45,499 nucleotides of DNA, taken from assembly GCA_040382135.1 (NCBI GenBank), contig JBEIGA010000002.1, positions 1 through 45,499 on the forward strand. The letters are read 5' to 3'. Positions 23,475 through 32,021 of the stretch are shown piece by piece (the stretch's first letter is position 1; each line of letters starts with the position of its first letter). Below the pieces are notes generated by a model. It saw only the letters and a list, made by a program, of their open reading frames with translations. It was not told where the DNA came from and made no database searches. The position numbers and the translations under genes are program-made. The DNA is from Acidimicrobiales bacterium. Lineage in GTDB: Bacteria; Actinomycetota; Acidimicrobiia; Acidimicrobiales; JBEIGA01.

Positions 23475-25842
23475 GCCTCACGTGCCGGACCTCGACGTGC
23501 CGGACCTCGACGTGCTGCAGGAGATCGAGCAGCGGGTGCTCTGGCTCGCGACCCGCATCATCGACCACGCCAACCGGCGGGGCGACAGCGACCTCAAGGT
23601 GGGGGGTCATCAGGCGTCGTGCGCCTCGATGGTCTCGGTGATGACTGCGCTGTGGTTCGCCCACCTGCGGGGCGAGGACAAGGTCGCGGTGAAGCCCCAC
23701 GCCGCCCCCGTCTACCACGCCATCAAGTACCTGACCGGCGAGCTCGACCGTTCCTACCTGACGACGCTGCGCCAGCTCGGCGGGCTCCAGGCGTACCCGT
23801 CGCGCACCAAGGATCCCGACGTCGCCGACTTCTCGACCGGATCCGTCGGGCTCGGCGCCGTCGCCCCGCTGTTCTCGGCACTCACCCGCCGGTACGTGGA
23901 CGTCCACTTCGGTCCGCGGCCCATGGCGCGGTTCTTCGCGCTCGTCGGCGACGCCGAACTCGACGAGGGACACGTGTGGGAGGCGATCGCCGACCCGGCC
24001 ACCCAGGAACTCGGCACCTTCACGATGGTGATCGACCTCAACCGCCAGTCGCTCGACCGGGTGATCCCCGACATCGCAGCGACCCGGCTGAAGCGGTTCT
24101 TCGCCGACGCCGGTTGGCACGTCGCCGAAGCGAAGTACGGGCGTCGACTTCAGGCGGCGCTCGCCGCGCCGGGCGGGGACGCGCTCCGGACCCACATCGA
24201 CGCGTTGTCCAACGAGGCGTACCAGGAACTCTTCACGCTGGACCCTCGGGATGTCCGCACCACGCTGTCCGACGGGGCCGATCCGGCGGTGGTGCGGGTC
24301 CTCGACGGCTACGACGACGACGAGCTGCGACGGCTGGTGACCGATCTGGGCGGCCACGACCTCGGCCTGCTCGTGGACACCTTCCGGTCGTGCGACGCTG
24401 CGGTCGACCAGCCATCGGTCGTGTTCGCCTACACGATCAAGGGCTACGGGCTGCCCATCGCCGGGGACCCGTTGAACCACGCGGCGTTGCTGACCCCGAC
24501 GCAGATCGACGAGCTGCGGTCGGCCGTCGGCTTGTCCGAAGCGACCGAGTGGGACCGGTTCCACGCCGGGTCGCCGGCAGGGCGACGCTGTCTCGCGGTG
24601 GGTCGGGCGATCAACAACGAGCCACCCGTCCCCCGGTCGGCGGTGCCGGTGCCGGCGGCCGCCCGGCCCGTGGTCCTGCACGGGGCGACCTCCACCCAGG
24701 AGTCGTTCGGGCGGGTGCTCGCCGGGCTGGCCGACGTCCCGGGCGTCGGCGAGCTGCTCGTCACCACGTCGCCGGACGTCTCGATCTCGACGAACCTCGG
24801 GGGGTTCATCAACAAGGCCGGGGTGTTCTCGCACCGGGAGCGGGACGACCACGGCGGCGCCGGGCGGCTCCTCCGGTGGGCGCCAGGGCCGACCGGGCGC
24901 CACATCGAGCTGGGGATCAGCGAGATGAACCTGTTCATGCTGCTCGGTCAGCTCGGCCTGAGCCACGAGCACCACGGCCGGCACCTCCTACCTGTCGGGA
25001 CCGTCTACGACCCGTTCGTCCTGCGCGGGCTCGACGCGCTCGTCTACGGGCTCTACAACGACGCCCGCTTCGTCTTCGTGGGCACACCGGCCGGCGTGAC
25101 GCTGGCGCCGGAAGGCGGCGCGCACCAGTCCACGATCACCCCGTCGATCGGGGTGGAGTTGCCGGGGCTCACCGCGGTCGAACCCGCATACGCGACCGAG
25201 GTCGACTGGTTGCTCTGCGACGCGCTCGCTCGCCTGTCCGAGCCGGACGGCTCGAGCACGTACCTGCGCCTTTCGACGCGGCCCGTCGACCAGGCGCCGT
25301 TCGCCGCGGCGTACGCCCGGCTGGGGGAGGAGGAGCTGCGACGCCAGGTCCTCGCGGGCGGCTATCGCCTCGTCGACGGCGCGGAGGACGGGCGACCCGG
25401 CGTCACCATCGTGACCACCGGGGCGACCGCGCCCGAGGCGATCGCCGCCGCCGCGCTGCTCGACGACGAGGGCGTCCAGGCGACGGTCATCCACCTGACC
25501 TCGCCCGACCAGGTCTACCGCAGCTGGCGGTCCGGCTTCGTCAGGTCCGCGGCGGCGGCCCGGCTGGTGCGCGCCCCCAGCCACTTGCACCACCTGCTCC
25601 CGCCCGGTGAGCGGTCGCGGCCGGTCGTGAGCGTGCACGACGCCGCGAGCCACAGCCTCGCGTGGCTCGGATCGGCGATCGGCGTGCGCCAGTTCCCGCT
25701 CGGGGTCGATCGCTTCGGCGAGTCGGGCACCGTCGCCGATCTCCACGCGCTGACGGGCATCGCTGCCGGCAGCGTGGTCAACGCCGCGTTGATCGCCGTG
25801 GCCGCCTTCGACGCCGGCGACCTCCCGCCCGCGGAGTCCTGA
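23467..25842 (+). CDS. Homodimeric-type 2-oxoacid (pyruvate) dehydrogenase E1-like ThDP enzyme, short N-terminus
   Basis: 791 aa; GTG 23467 overlaps the upstream gene by 8 nt. GGHQASCAS, GLQAYPS, FSTGSVGLG, ThDP motif GDAELDEG and TIKGYG align by eye with AceE. Confidence 0.85.
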   Translation: MDEPHVPDLDVPDLDVLQEIEQRVLWLATRIIDHANRRGDSDLKVGGHQASCASMVSVMTALWFAHLRGEDKVAVKPHAAPVYHAIKYLTGELDRSYLTTLRQLGGLQAYPSRTKDPDVADFSTGSVGLGAVAPLFSALTRRYVDVHFGPRPMARFFALVGDAELDEGHVWEAIADPATQELGTFTMVIDLNRQSLDRVIPDIAATRLKRFFADAGWHVAEAKYGRRLQAALAAPGGDALRTHIDALSNEAYQELFTLDPRDVRTTLSDGADPAVVRVLDGYDDDELRRLVTDLGGHDLGLLVDTFRSCDAAVDQPSVVFAYTIKGYGLPIAGDPLNHAALLTPTQIDELRSAVGLSEATEWDRFHAGSPAGRRCLAVGRAINNEPPVPRSAVPVPAAARPVVLHGATSTQESFGRVLAGLADVPGVGELLVTTSPDVSISTNLGGFINKAGVFSHRERDDHGGAGRLLRWAPGPTGRHIELGISEMNLFMLLGQLGLSHEHHGRHLLPVGTVYDPFVLRGLDALVYGLYNDARFVFVGTPAGVTLAPEGGAHQSTITPSIGVELPGLTAVEPAYATEVDWLLCDALARLSEPDGSSTYLRLSTRPVDQAPFAAAYARLGEEELRRQVLAGGYRLVDGAEDGRPGVTIVTTGATAPEAIAAAALLDDEGVQATVIHLTSPDQVYRSWRSGFVRSAAAARLVRAPSHLHHLLPPGERSRPVVSVHDAASHSLAWLGSAIGVRQFPLGVDRFGESGTVADLHALTGIAAGSVVNAALIAVAAFDAGDLPPAES
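23481..23515 (+). repeat. Perfect in-frame 15-bp tandem duplication (cgtgccggacctcga x2.3)
   Basis: Read directly. It encodes HVPDLDVPDLDV at the N-terminus of the E1-like protein. Confidence 0.9.
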
Positions 25843-25873
25843 CCTGCCCCGATCCGTCCTGCGTTGGGGCAGG
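25843..25873 (+). terminator. Candidate intrinsic terminator hairpin (no U-tract) ending the long operon
   Basis: CCTGCCCC (25843-25850) pairs with GGGGCAGG (25866-25873) around a 15-nt loop. It starts 1 nt after stop 25840-25842 and is followed by a 218-nt gap. Confidence 0.4.
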
Positions 25874-26091
25874 GCCGGCTCGATCCTCATCGAGTGCGGC
25901 GGCCTCGTCCTCGGTACGGCCGAAGGCGGGTACGTGACCACCACACCGAGGGCCGTCACCGCCGAAGAGCTCCGCGTCGCCTCCACCGAGTGACGGCGCG
26001 CCGAACCGGGGTCGGGGGGTTCGAGGCACAGCAGTCCGGTCAGGCGTTGCACGGGTACCTGTCTCGGCCACCGCTGCTACCGTCCGCCGGG

Positions 26092-26991
26092 ATGGCCGAC
26101 TCGACGTTCATCCGCGTGGTCCAGGTGACCGACACCCACGTCACCGCCGCCGCCGGTGCGCCGACCGTCCTCGGTCTCCTCGCCGACATCGACGCGGGTG
26201 ACCCGATGGTCCACCTCGATCTGGTGCTCGACCACATCGCCGGTCTCGAGCCGGCACCCGACGTCCTCGTGGGCACGGGCGATCTGGCCGACACCGGCGA
26301 CCCGGCGGCGTACCAGCGGTGGCGCGAGCGCTTCCTCCCGCTGGGGGTCCCGGTGTGGGTCCTCCCCGGCAACCACGACCTCGCGGATGCGTTCGACACC
26401 CACCTGGTCGGGACCGGTGTCCACGCCGCGACGAGCAGCCGCCACGGCGCGTGGGAGTTCCTCTACGTCCGAACGGGCAACACCGAATGGGGCGAGATCG
26501 AACCCACCGACGCGGCGGAACTGCGCGCCGTGCTCGCCGCCAGCGACGCCGCCCACGTCTTCGTGTGGATCCACCATCCTCCGGTCGGGCAGCGCCTCGA
26601 AGCGCACGAGACGCTCGTGCGTGCCGACCTCCGTGCCGTGCTCGCAGGCGACGACCGGGTCCGTGCGATCGCCGCCGGGCACGTGCACGTCGCCGCCGAA
26701 CACGACCTCGACGGGGTTCCCGTGTACCTCGCGCCGTCGACCTACACCGGCAGGCCCGCGCCGGGTTATCGGACGTTCGACCTCCACCACGACGGCACCG
26801 TGGTCGCCGAGGTCCACCACATCGAGCGTCGGTTCACGTTCGACGCGACGCAGGTGGCACGGCTCGTCGCCATGGCGCACGAGCGGTACGCCGCGGAGCC
26901 CGAGGCACGGCGCGGCGCCGCGCAGCACGCTCGTGCCGAGGTCGAGGCCTGGCGCGACGCGGTGTCGGCGCGACTCGGGCCCGACGACTGA
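26092..26991 (+). CDS. Calcineurin-like metallophosphoesterase (CpdA/GpdQ-type phosphodiesterase family)
   Basis: ATG 26092 in ORF 25864..26991. Motifs VTDTHV, GDLAD, GNHD, HHPP and AGHVH. Confidence 0.8.
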   Translation: MADSTFIRVVQVTDTHVTAAAGAPTVLGLLADIDAGDPMVHLDLVLDHIAGLEPAPDVLVGTGDLADTGDPAAYQRWRERFLPLGVPVWVLPGNHDLADAFDTHLVGTGVHAATSSRHGAWEFLYVRTGNTEWGEIEPTDAAELRAVLAASDAAHVFVWIHHPPVGQRLEAHETLVRADLRAVLAGDDRVRAIAAGHVHVAAEHDLDGVPVYLAPSTYTGRPAPGYRTFDLHHDGTVVAEVHHIERRFTFDATQVARLVAMAHERYAAEPEARRGAAQHARAEVEAWRDAVSARLGPDD

Positions 26992-27027
26992 GGCAGACGA
27001 AGGCGCACAGCAGAGGGAGGGTGGGCG

Positions 27028-28791
27028 ATGCACGATCTCGTGATCCGGGGCGGACTCGTCGTCGACGGCACGGGGACCGAACCCGTCGAAGCGGACGTTG
27101 CGGTCGACGCCGGGCGCATCAGCCGTGTCGGGGGGGTCCACGCCCCAGGCCGGGAGGAGATCGACGCCGCCGGGCTCGTGGTGACGCCGGGCTTCATCGA
27201 TCCCCACACGCACTACGACGGTCAGGTGACCTGGGACGACCTCGTGACCCCGTCGGTGTGGCACGGCGTCACGACGGTGGTCATGGGCAACTGCGGGGTG
27301 GGGTTCGCCCCCGTGGCCCCGGACCGGCGGGACTGGCTCATCAGCCTGATGGAGGGCGTCGAGGACATCCCCGGTGCGTCGCTGCGCGCCGCCATGCGCT
27401 GGGACTGGGAGAGCGTCGAGGAGTACCTCGACGCGCTCGACCGCGTGCCGCGCGCCATCGACGTGGGGGTCCAGATCGCCCACGGACCCCTGCGGGCCTA
27501 CGTCATGGGCGACCGTGGCGCGGACAACGAGCCGGCCACGGCGGACGACCTGCACCGGATGGCATCGCTGGTGCGACGCGGGATCGAGGGAGGCGCGATC
27601 GGGATCTCCACCAACCGTCTGCCCTTGCACACGGCCGCCGACCGACGGCCGGTCCCGGGCACCTTCGCCGATGAGGACGAGCTCTTCGCGCTGGGACGTG
27701 CGGCCCGGGAGGGGTCACCGGACACCGTCTTCGCGCTGATCCTGCCCACCGCGATGGGGTACGCCCCGGAATCCTGGGGCGACGAGATCGCGTGGATGTC
27801 GAGGCTCTCCCGGGAGACCGGGTTGCCCTTCACCTTCGGGTTCGGTGCCGCCACCGTCGAAGGCGGGTGGAGCTCCTACGCCCGCGACGTCGAGCGCGAG
27901 AACGCCGCGGGGGCCCGCCTGCACCCGATGGTCGGCTGTCGACGGCAGGGCATGTTGCTCGGGCTGGACACGATCCACCCCTTCGCCTCCCGCCCCGCCT
28001 ACCGCGAGATCGGCCACCTGCCTCCGGCCGAGCGGGCGCGGCGGATGGCCGACCCCGAGGTGCGCCGACGGATCCTCCTCGACGGAGCCGCCATCGCACC
28101 CGAGGTCGCATCGCACTGGCTGTTCACGCGGGCCGATTCGCTGTTCCCGCTGACCACCCCCGACCGGATGGAGCCCGATCCCGCCGAGAGCCTGGCGTCG
28201 ACGGCGGAGCGGACGGGGACGCCCGTCGCCGAGCTCTTCTACGACGCCGTGCTCGCCCGCGACGGCTCCGGCCTCGTGCACTTCATCATGAGCGGGTACA
28301 CGGAGGGGAACCTCGACTCGAGCCTCGAGATGATGCAGACCCCGGGAACGATCCTCGGGCTGGGCGACGGCGGCGCGCACGTCTCGTTCATCTGCGACGC
28401 CGGGTACCCCTCCTTCCTCCTCGGCTACTGGGCACGCGACCGTCGCCGGGCCCGGATCCCCTTGGCCGGCGCGGTCAGGATGCTCACCGGGGACATCGCC
28501 GACCTGTACGGCCTCACCGACCGCGGCCGCGTTGCGGAGGGGCGACGGGCGGACCTCAACGTGATCGACGTCGATCGGGTCGGCCCGTGCTACCCGACGG
28601 TCGTCGCGGACCTTCCGGCGGGAGCGAAGCGGATCATCCAACGCGCCGACGGCTTCGTGGCGACCGTCGTCGCCGGTGAGGTGATCCAGCGCGACGGCGA
28701 GGACACGGGAGCGCGCCCCGGCCGGGCCGTCCGCCGTGGTGCCCTCGGGAACCCCCCGGTCGGTGGCGGCCGGACGCAGCGCCCCCGGTGA
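27028..28791 (+). CDS. N-acyl-D-amino-acid deacylase family amidohydrolase, paralog 2
   Basis: ATG 27028 preceded by gagggagggtggg. MHDLVIRGGLVVDGTG...PGFIDPHTHYDGQVTWD, clearly paralogous to 17422..19164. Confidence 0.9.
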   Translation: MHDLVIRGGLVVDGTGTEPVEADVAVDAGRISRVGGVHAPGREEIDAAGLVVTPGFIDPHTHYDGQVTWDDLVTPSVWHGVTTVVMGNCGVGFAPVAPDRRDWLISLMEGVEDIPGASLRAAMRWDWESVEEYLDALDRVPRAIDVGVQIAHGPLRAYVMGDRGADNEPATADDLHRMASLVRRGIEGGAIGISTNRLPLHTAADRRPVPGTFADEDELFALGRAAREGSPDTVFALILPTAMGYAPESWGDEIAWMSRLSRETGLPFTFGFGAATVEGGWSSYARDVERENAAGARLHPMVGCRRQGMLLGLDTIHPFASRPAYREIGHLPPAERARRMADPEVRRRILLDGAAIAPEVASHWLFTRADSLFPLTTPDRMEPDPAESLASTAERTGTPVAELFYDAVLARDGSGLVHFIMSGYTEGNLDSSLEMMQTPGTILGLGDGGAHVSFICDAGYPSFLLGYWARDRRRARIPLAGAVRMLTGDIADLYGLTDRGRVAEGRRADLNVIDVDRVGPCYPTVVADLPAGAKRIIQRADGFVATVVAGEVIQRDGEDTGARPGRAVRRGALGNPPVGGGRTQRPR

Positions 28792-28811
28792 CCACCTAAC
28801 ATCCGCGTCCG

Positions 28812-28850
28812 ACGACGACGGACGGCCGAACGGGGTCGGTGCGTCGTCGT
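28812..28850 (+). terminator. Candidate hairpin (9-bp stem ACGACGACG/CGTCGTCGT, 21-nt loop) after paralog 2
   Basis: Read directly in the 108-nt gap between stop 28791 and ATG 28900. Confidence 0.3.
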
Positions 28851-28899
28851 GGAACGCCGCACCCACCGAGGTGCGGCCCGAGCGGATTGCGGGCGTCGG

Positions 28900-30336
28900 A
28901 TGAGCCAACTCGACCTGTCGATCGTCGACGACTCCACCACCGGGCTCTGGGCCGGCCTGGTCCCGATCCTGTCGGAGTACATCGCGATCCCGGCCCTCTC
29001 CCCCGCCTTCGACGCCGACTGGGCGGCCAACGGCCACATGGACCGCGCCGTCGACCTGGTGGTGGCGTGGTGCCGGGAGCGGCCGATCCCCGGCATGACG
29101 GTCGCGGTCCACCGCCTCGAGGGCCGCACGCCGGTGGTGGTGTGCGAGATCCCCGCCACACCCGGCGCCGAGGCCGCCGCGCCGGTGCTGCTGTACGGGC
29201 ACATCGACAAGCAGCCCGAGATGGAGGGCTGGCGGCACGACCTCGGGCCGTGGAAGCCCGTGCTCGAGGGCGACCTGCTGTACGGCCGAGGTGGGGCCGA
29301 CGACGGCTACTCGCCGTTCGCCGCGCTCGGTGCGATCGAAGCCGTGCAGGCCGCCGGCGGAGCACACCCGCGGTGCGTGGTGCTGATCGAGGCGAGCGAG
29401 GAGTCGGGCAGCCCGGACCTCCCGGCCTACGTCGACGAGCTCGCCGGCGTGCTCGGGACCCCGCAGCTCATCGTGTGCCTGGATTCGGGGGCGGCGGACT
29501 ACGAGCACCTGTGGATCACCACGTCCCTGCGGGGCATGGCGGCGGGGAACCTCACGGTCCGGGTGGTCGAGGAGGGCCTGCACTCCGGCGGCTACGGCGG
29601 CTTCGTGCCCGACGGGTTCCGCATCCTGCGCCGGCTGCTCGAGCGGATCGAGGACAGCGCCGACGGGCGGGTGCTGCTCCCCGAGGCGTGGACGGAGGTG
29701 CCCGCCGAGACGCACGCCGCGCTCGCGAATGCCGCGGCGCGGGTCGGCGCCGGACGTGTGGCCGAGGCGCCGCTGACCCCGGGCGTCGATCCGGTCACCG
29801 GGGACGACCCGCTCGAGGCGCTGCTCGCCACCACCTGGCGGCCCCAGCTGACCGTGGTGGGCCAGGACGGCCTGCCCCCCACCGCCCGGGCCGGCAACGT
29901 CCTCCGACCGGAGACGACCCTCCGGCTGTCGCTGCGCATCCCGCCCCACGTCGACCCCGACGTCGTGCTCCCGGCGCTCGAACGGGCACTCACCACCGAT
30001 CCGCCCCACGGCGCGCAGGTCACCTTCAGCGGCGGAGCCGGCGCGTGGGGGTGGGCGGCGCCACCCACCGCGCCGTGGTTGGAGGACGCGCTGCAGGCCG
30101 CGTCGGACCGCTACTTCGGCGCCCCGGCGCTGCAGTTCGGCGAGGGCGGCACCATCCCGTTCATGGCGATGCTCGGCCAACGGTTCCCCGGCACCCAGTT
30201 CCTCGTGACCGGCGTGCTCGGCCCGAACAGCAACGCGCACGGCCCCAACGAGTTCCTCCACCTCCCCACGGGCCGCAAGGTCACTGCGGCGGTGGCCGCC
30301 GTCCTCCACGCAGCCGCAGAGGCAGGTACCCGATGA
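28900..30336 (+). CDS. M20-family metallodipeptidase (carnosinase/Dug1-like subfamily by motif)
   Basis: ATG 28900 in ORF 28849..30336. LLYGHIDKQP, LYGRGGADDG and IEASEESGSPDL. Confidence 0.85.
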   Translation: MSQLDLSIVDDSTTGLWAGLVPILSEYIAIPALSPAFDADWAANGHMDRAVDLVVAWCRERPIPGMTVAVHRLEGRTPVVVCEIPATPGAEAAAPVLLYGHIDKQPEMEGWRHDLGPWKPVLEGDLLYGRGGADDGYSPFAALGAIEAVQAAGGAHPRCVVLIEASEESGSPDLPAYVDELAGVLGTPQLIVCLDSGAADYEHLWITTSLRGMAAGNLTVRVVEEGLHSGGYGGFVPDGFRILRRLLERIEDSADGRVLLPEAWTEVPAETHAALANAAARVGAGRVAEAPLTPGVDPVTGDDPLEALLATTWRPQLTVVGQDGLPPTARAGNVLRPETTLRLSLRIPPHVDPDVVLPALERALTTDPPHGAQVTFSGGAGAWGWAAPPTAPWLEDALQAASDRYFGAPALQFGEGGTIPFMAMLGQRFPGTQFLVTGVLGPNSNAHGPNEFLHLPTGRKVTAAVAAVLHAAAEAGTR

Positions 30337-32021
30337 GCGCGACCGAGACCACCCCCGACACGGGCGGAGACGCCGAAGGCGCACAGGGCGGCGGTGCACT
30401 CCAGCGCGTCCTCGACGTCATCGAGCGGGTGGGGAACAAGGTGCCGCATCCAGCGGTGTTGTTCCTCGGGCTCTGCGTCGGCCTGATCCTGCTCTCGCAG
30501 GTGCTCGCCTGGGTGGGGTGGAGCGCCACCTACCAGGTGGTGGAACCGCCGGCCCAGGGCGTGGAGGAGCTCGACATCGGCTCGGTGCTGCCGGGCGAGA
30601 CGCTCCCGACTGAGCGGGTCGACGCCGAGGAGTACGAGCTCACCCAGAACACCGCCGAGGTCGAGAGCCTGCTGTCCGCCGACGGGGTCCGATTCCTGTT
30701 CACGTCGTTCGTGCGGAACTTCATGGGCTTCACCGCCATGGGGATCATCCTGATCGTGATGATCGGCGTGGGCGTCTCGGAACGCTCCGGCCTCATCAGC
30801 TCCCTGATCCGGAAGCTCGTCGAGGTCTCCTCCCCCGCCTCACTCACCTACATCATCGTCGGGCTGGGGGTCGTCTCGAGCATCGCCTCGGACGCCGGCT
30901 ACCTCGTGCTCATCCCGCTCGGCGCCGCTGCGTTCCACAGCGTCGGACGCCATCCGCTCGCCGGGATGGCCGCGGCGTTCGCCGGAGTGGCCGGCGGGTT
31001 CGGCGGCAACTTCCTCATCACCCCCCCCGACGCCGTGCTCACCGAGATCACCAACGAGGCCATCGCCCTGGTGGAGCCGGGCCGGACCATCGGCATCACC
31101 GACAACCTCTACTTCGGGATCGGCTCCACGATCGTGCTCACGATCCTGCTGGCCGTGGTGAGCGCACGCCTGGTGGAGCCCCGCCTCGGCGCCTACGACG
31201 CCGGCTTCGCCCCCAGCGGTGACGAGCTCCGCGACCAGCCGAACACCTTCGAGGGCATCACCCCCGAACAGGACGCCAAGGGGCTCCGCTGGGCCGGCAT
31301 CGGCCTCCTCGGCGCCCTCGCCGTCATCCTCGCCCTCACCATCCCGTCCGGGGCACCGCTGCGCCACCCGGACACCGGCAGCATCATCGGCACGTCCCCG
31401 TTCATGGACAGCCTCATCGTGATCATCGCCGTGCTGTTCCTCGCCGCCGGCCTCGGCTACGGGCGGGGCGCCGGCACCCTGCGCACCAGCGACGAGATCA
31501 TCGGCGCGATCACCGCGGCGTGGGCGGGCATGGCAGGGCTCCTGTTCCTGTTCCTGCTCATCGCCCAGTTCATCGCCTACTTCAACTACTCGAACATCCC
31601 GCAGATCGCTGCGGTGAAGCTGGGCGACCTGATCGCGGGGTCCACCATCGCCGACGTCTGGCTGCTGCTCATCGCCATGGCGATCACGCTCGTGATCGGC
31701 ATCATCATGCCGCAGGCGATCGCCAAGTGGGCCCTGCTCGCGCCGATCTTCATCCCGCTGTTCCTGCGCCTCGGGATCGAGCCCCAGACCGTGCTCGCCG
31801 CCTACCGCGTGGCCGACTCGCCGATCAACATCGTCACGCCGATCATGGCCTACTTCCCGCTGATCGTGGTCTTCGCCGCCCGGTACGACAAGCGCTCCGG
31901 CATCGGGACCGTCATCGCGCTGATGCTCCCGTACTTCGTCGCCCTGACCATCGTCTGGACGCTGTTCTTCGTGCTCTGGTTCCTCGCCGGCATCCCCCTC
32001 GGTCCCGGAGCCCCCGTGTGA
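30333..32021 (+). CDS. AbgT-family transporter (p-aminobenzoyl-glutamate/dipeptide-type carrier)
   Basis: ATGA overlap at 30333. 562-aa polytopic protein beginning LQRVLDVIERVGNKVPHPAVLFLGL, characteristic of AbgT. Confidence 0.9.
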   Translation: MSATETTPDTGGDAEGAQGGGALQRVLDVIERVGNKVPHPAVLFLGLCVGLILLSQVLAWVGWSATYQVVEPPAQGVEELDIGSVLPGETLPTERVDAEEYELTQNTAEVESLLSADGVRFLFTSFVRNFMGFTAMGIILIVMIGVGVSERSGLISSLIRKLVEVSSPASLTYIIVGLGVVSSIASDAGYLVLIPLGAAAFHSVGRHPLAGMAAAFAGVAGGFGGNFLITPPDAVLTEITNEAIALVEPGRTIGITDNLYFGIGSTIVLTILLAVVSARLVEPRLGAYDAGFAPSGDELRDQPNTFEGITPEQDAKGLRWAGIGLLGALAVILALTIPSGAPLRHPDTGSIIGTSPFMDSLIVIIAVLFLAAGLGYGRGAGTLRTSDEIIGAITAAWAGMAGLLFLFLLIAQFIAYFNYSNIPQIAAVKLGDLIAGSTIADVWLLLIAMAITLVIGIIMPQAIAKWALLAPIFIPLFLRLGIEPQTVLAAYRVADSPINIVTPIMAYFPLIVVFAARYDKRSGIGTVIALMLPYFVALTIVWTLFFVLWFLAGIPLGPGAPV

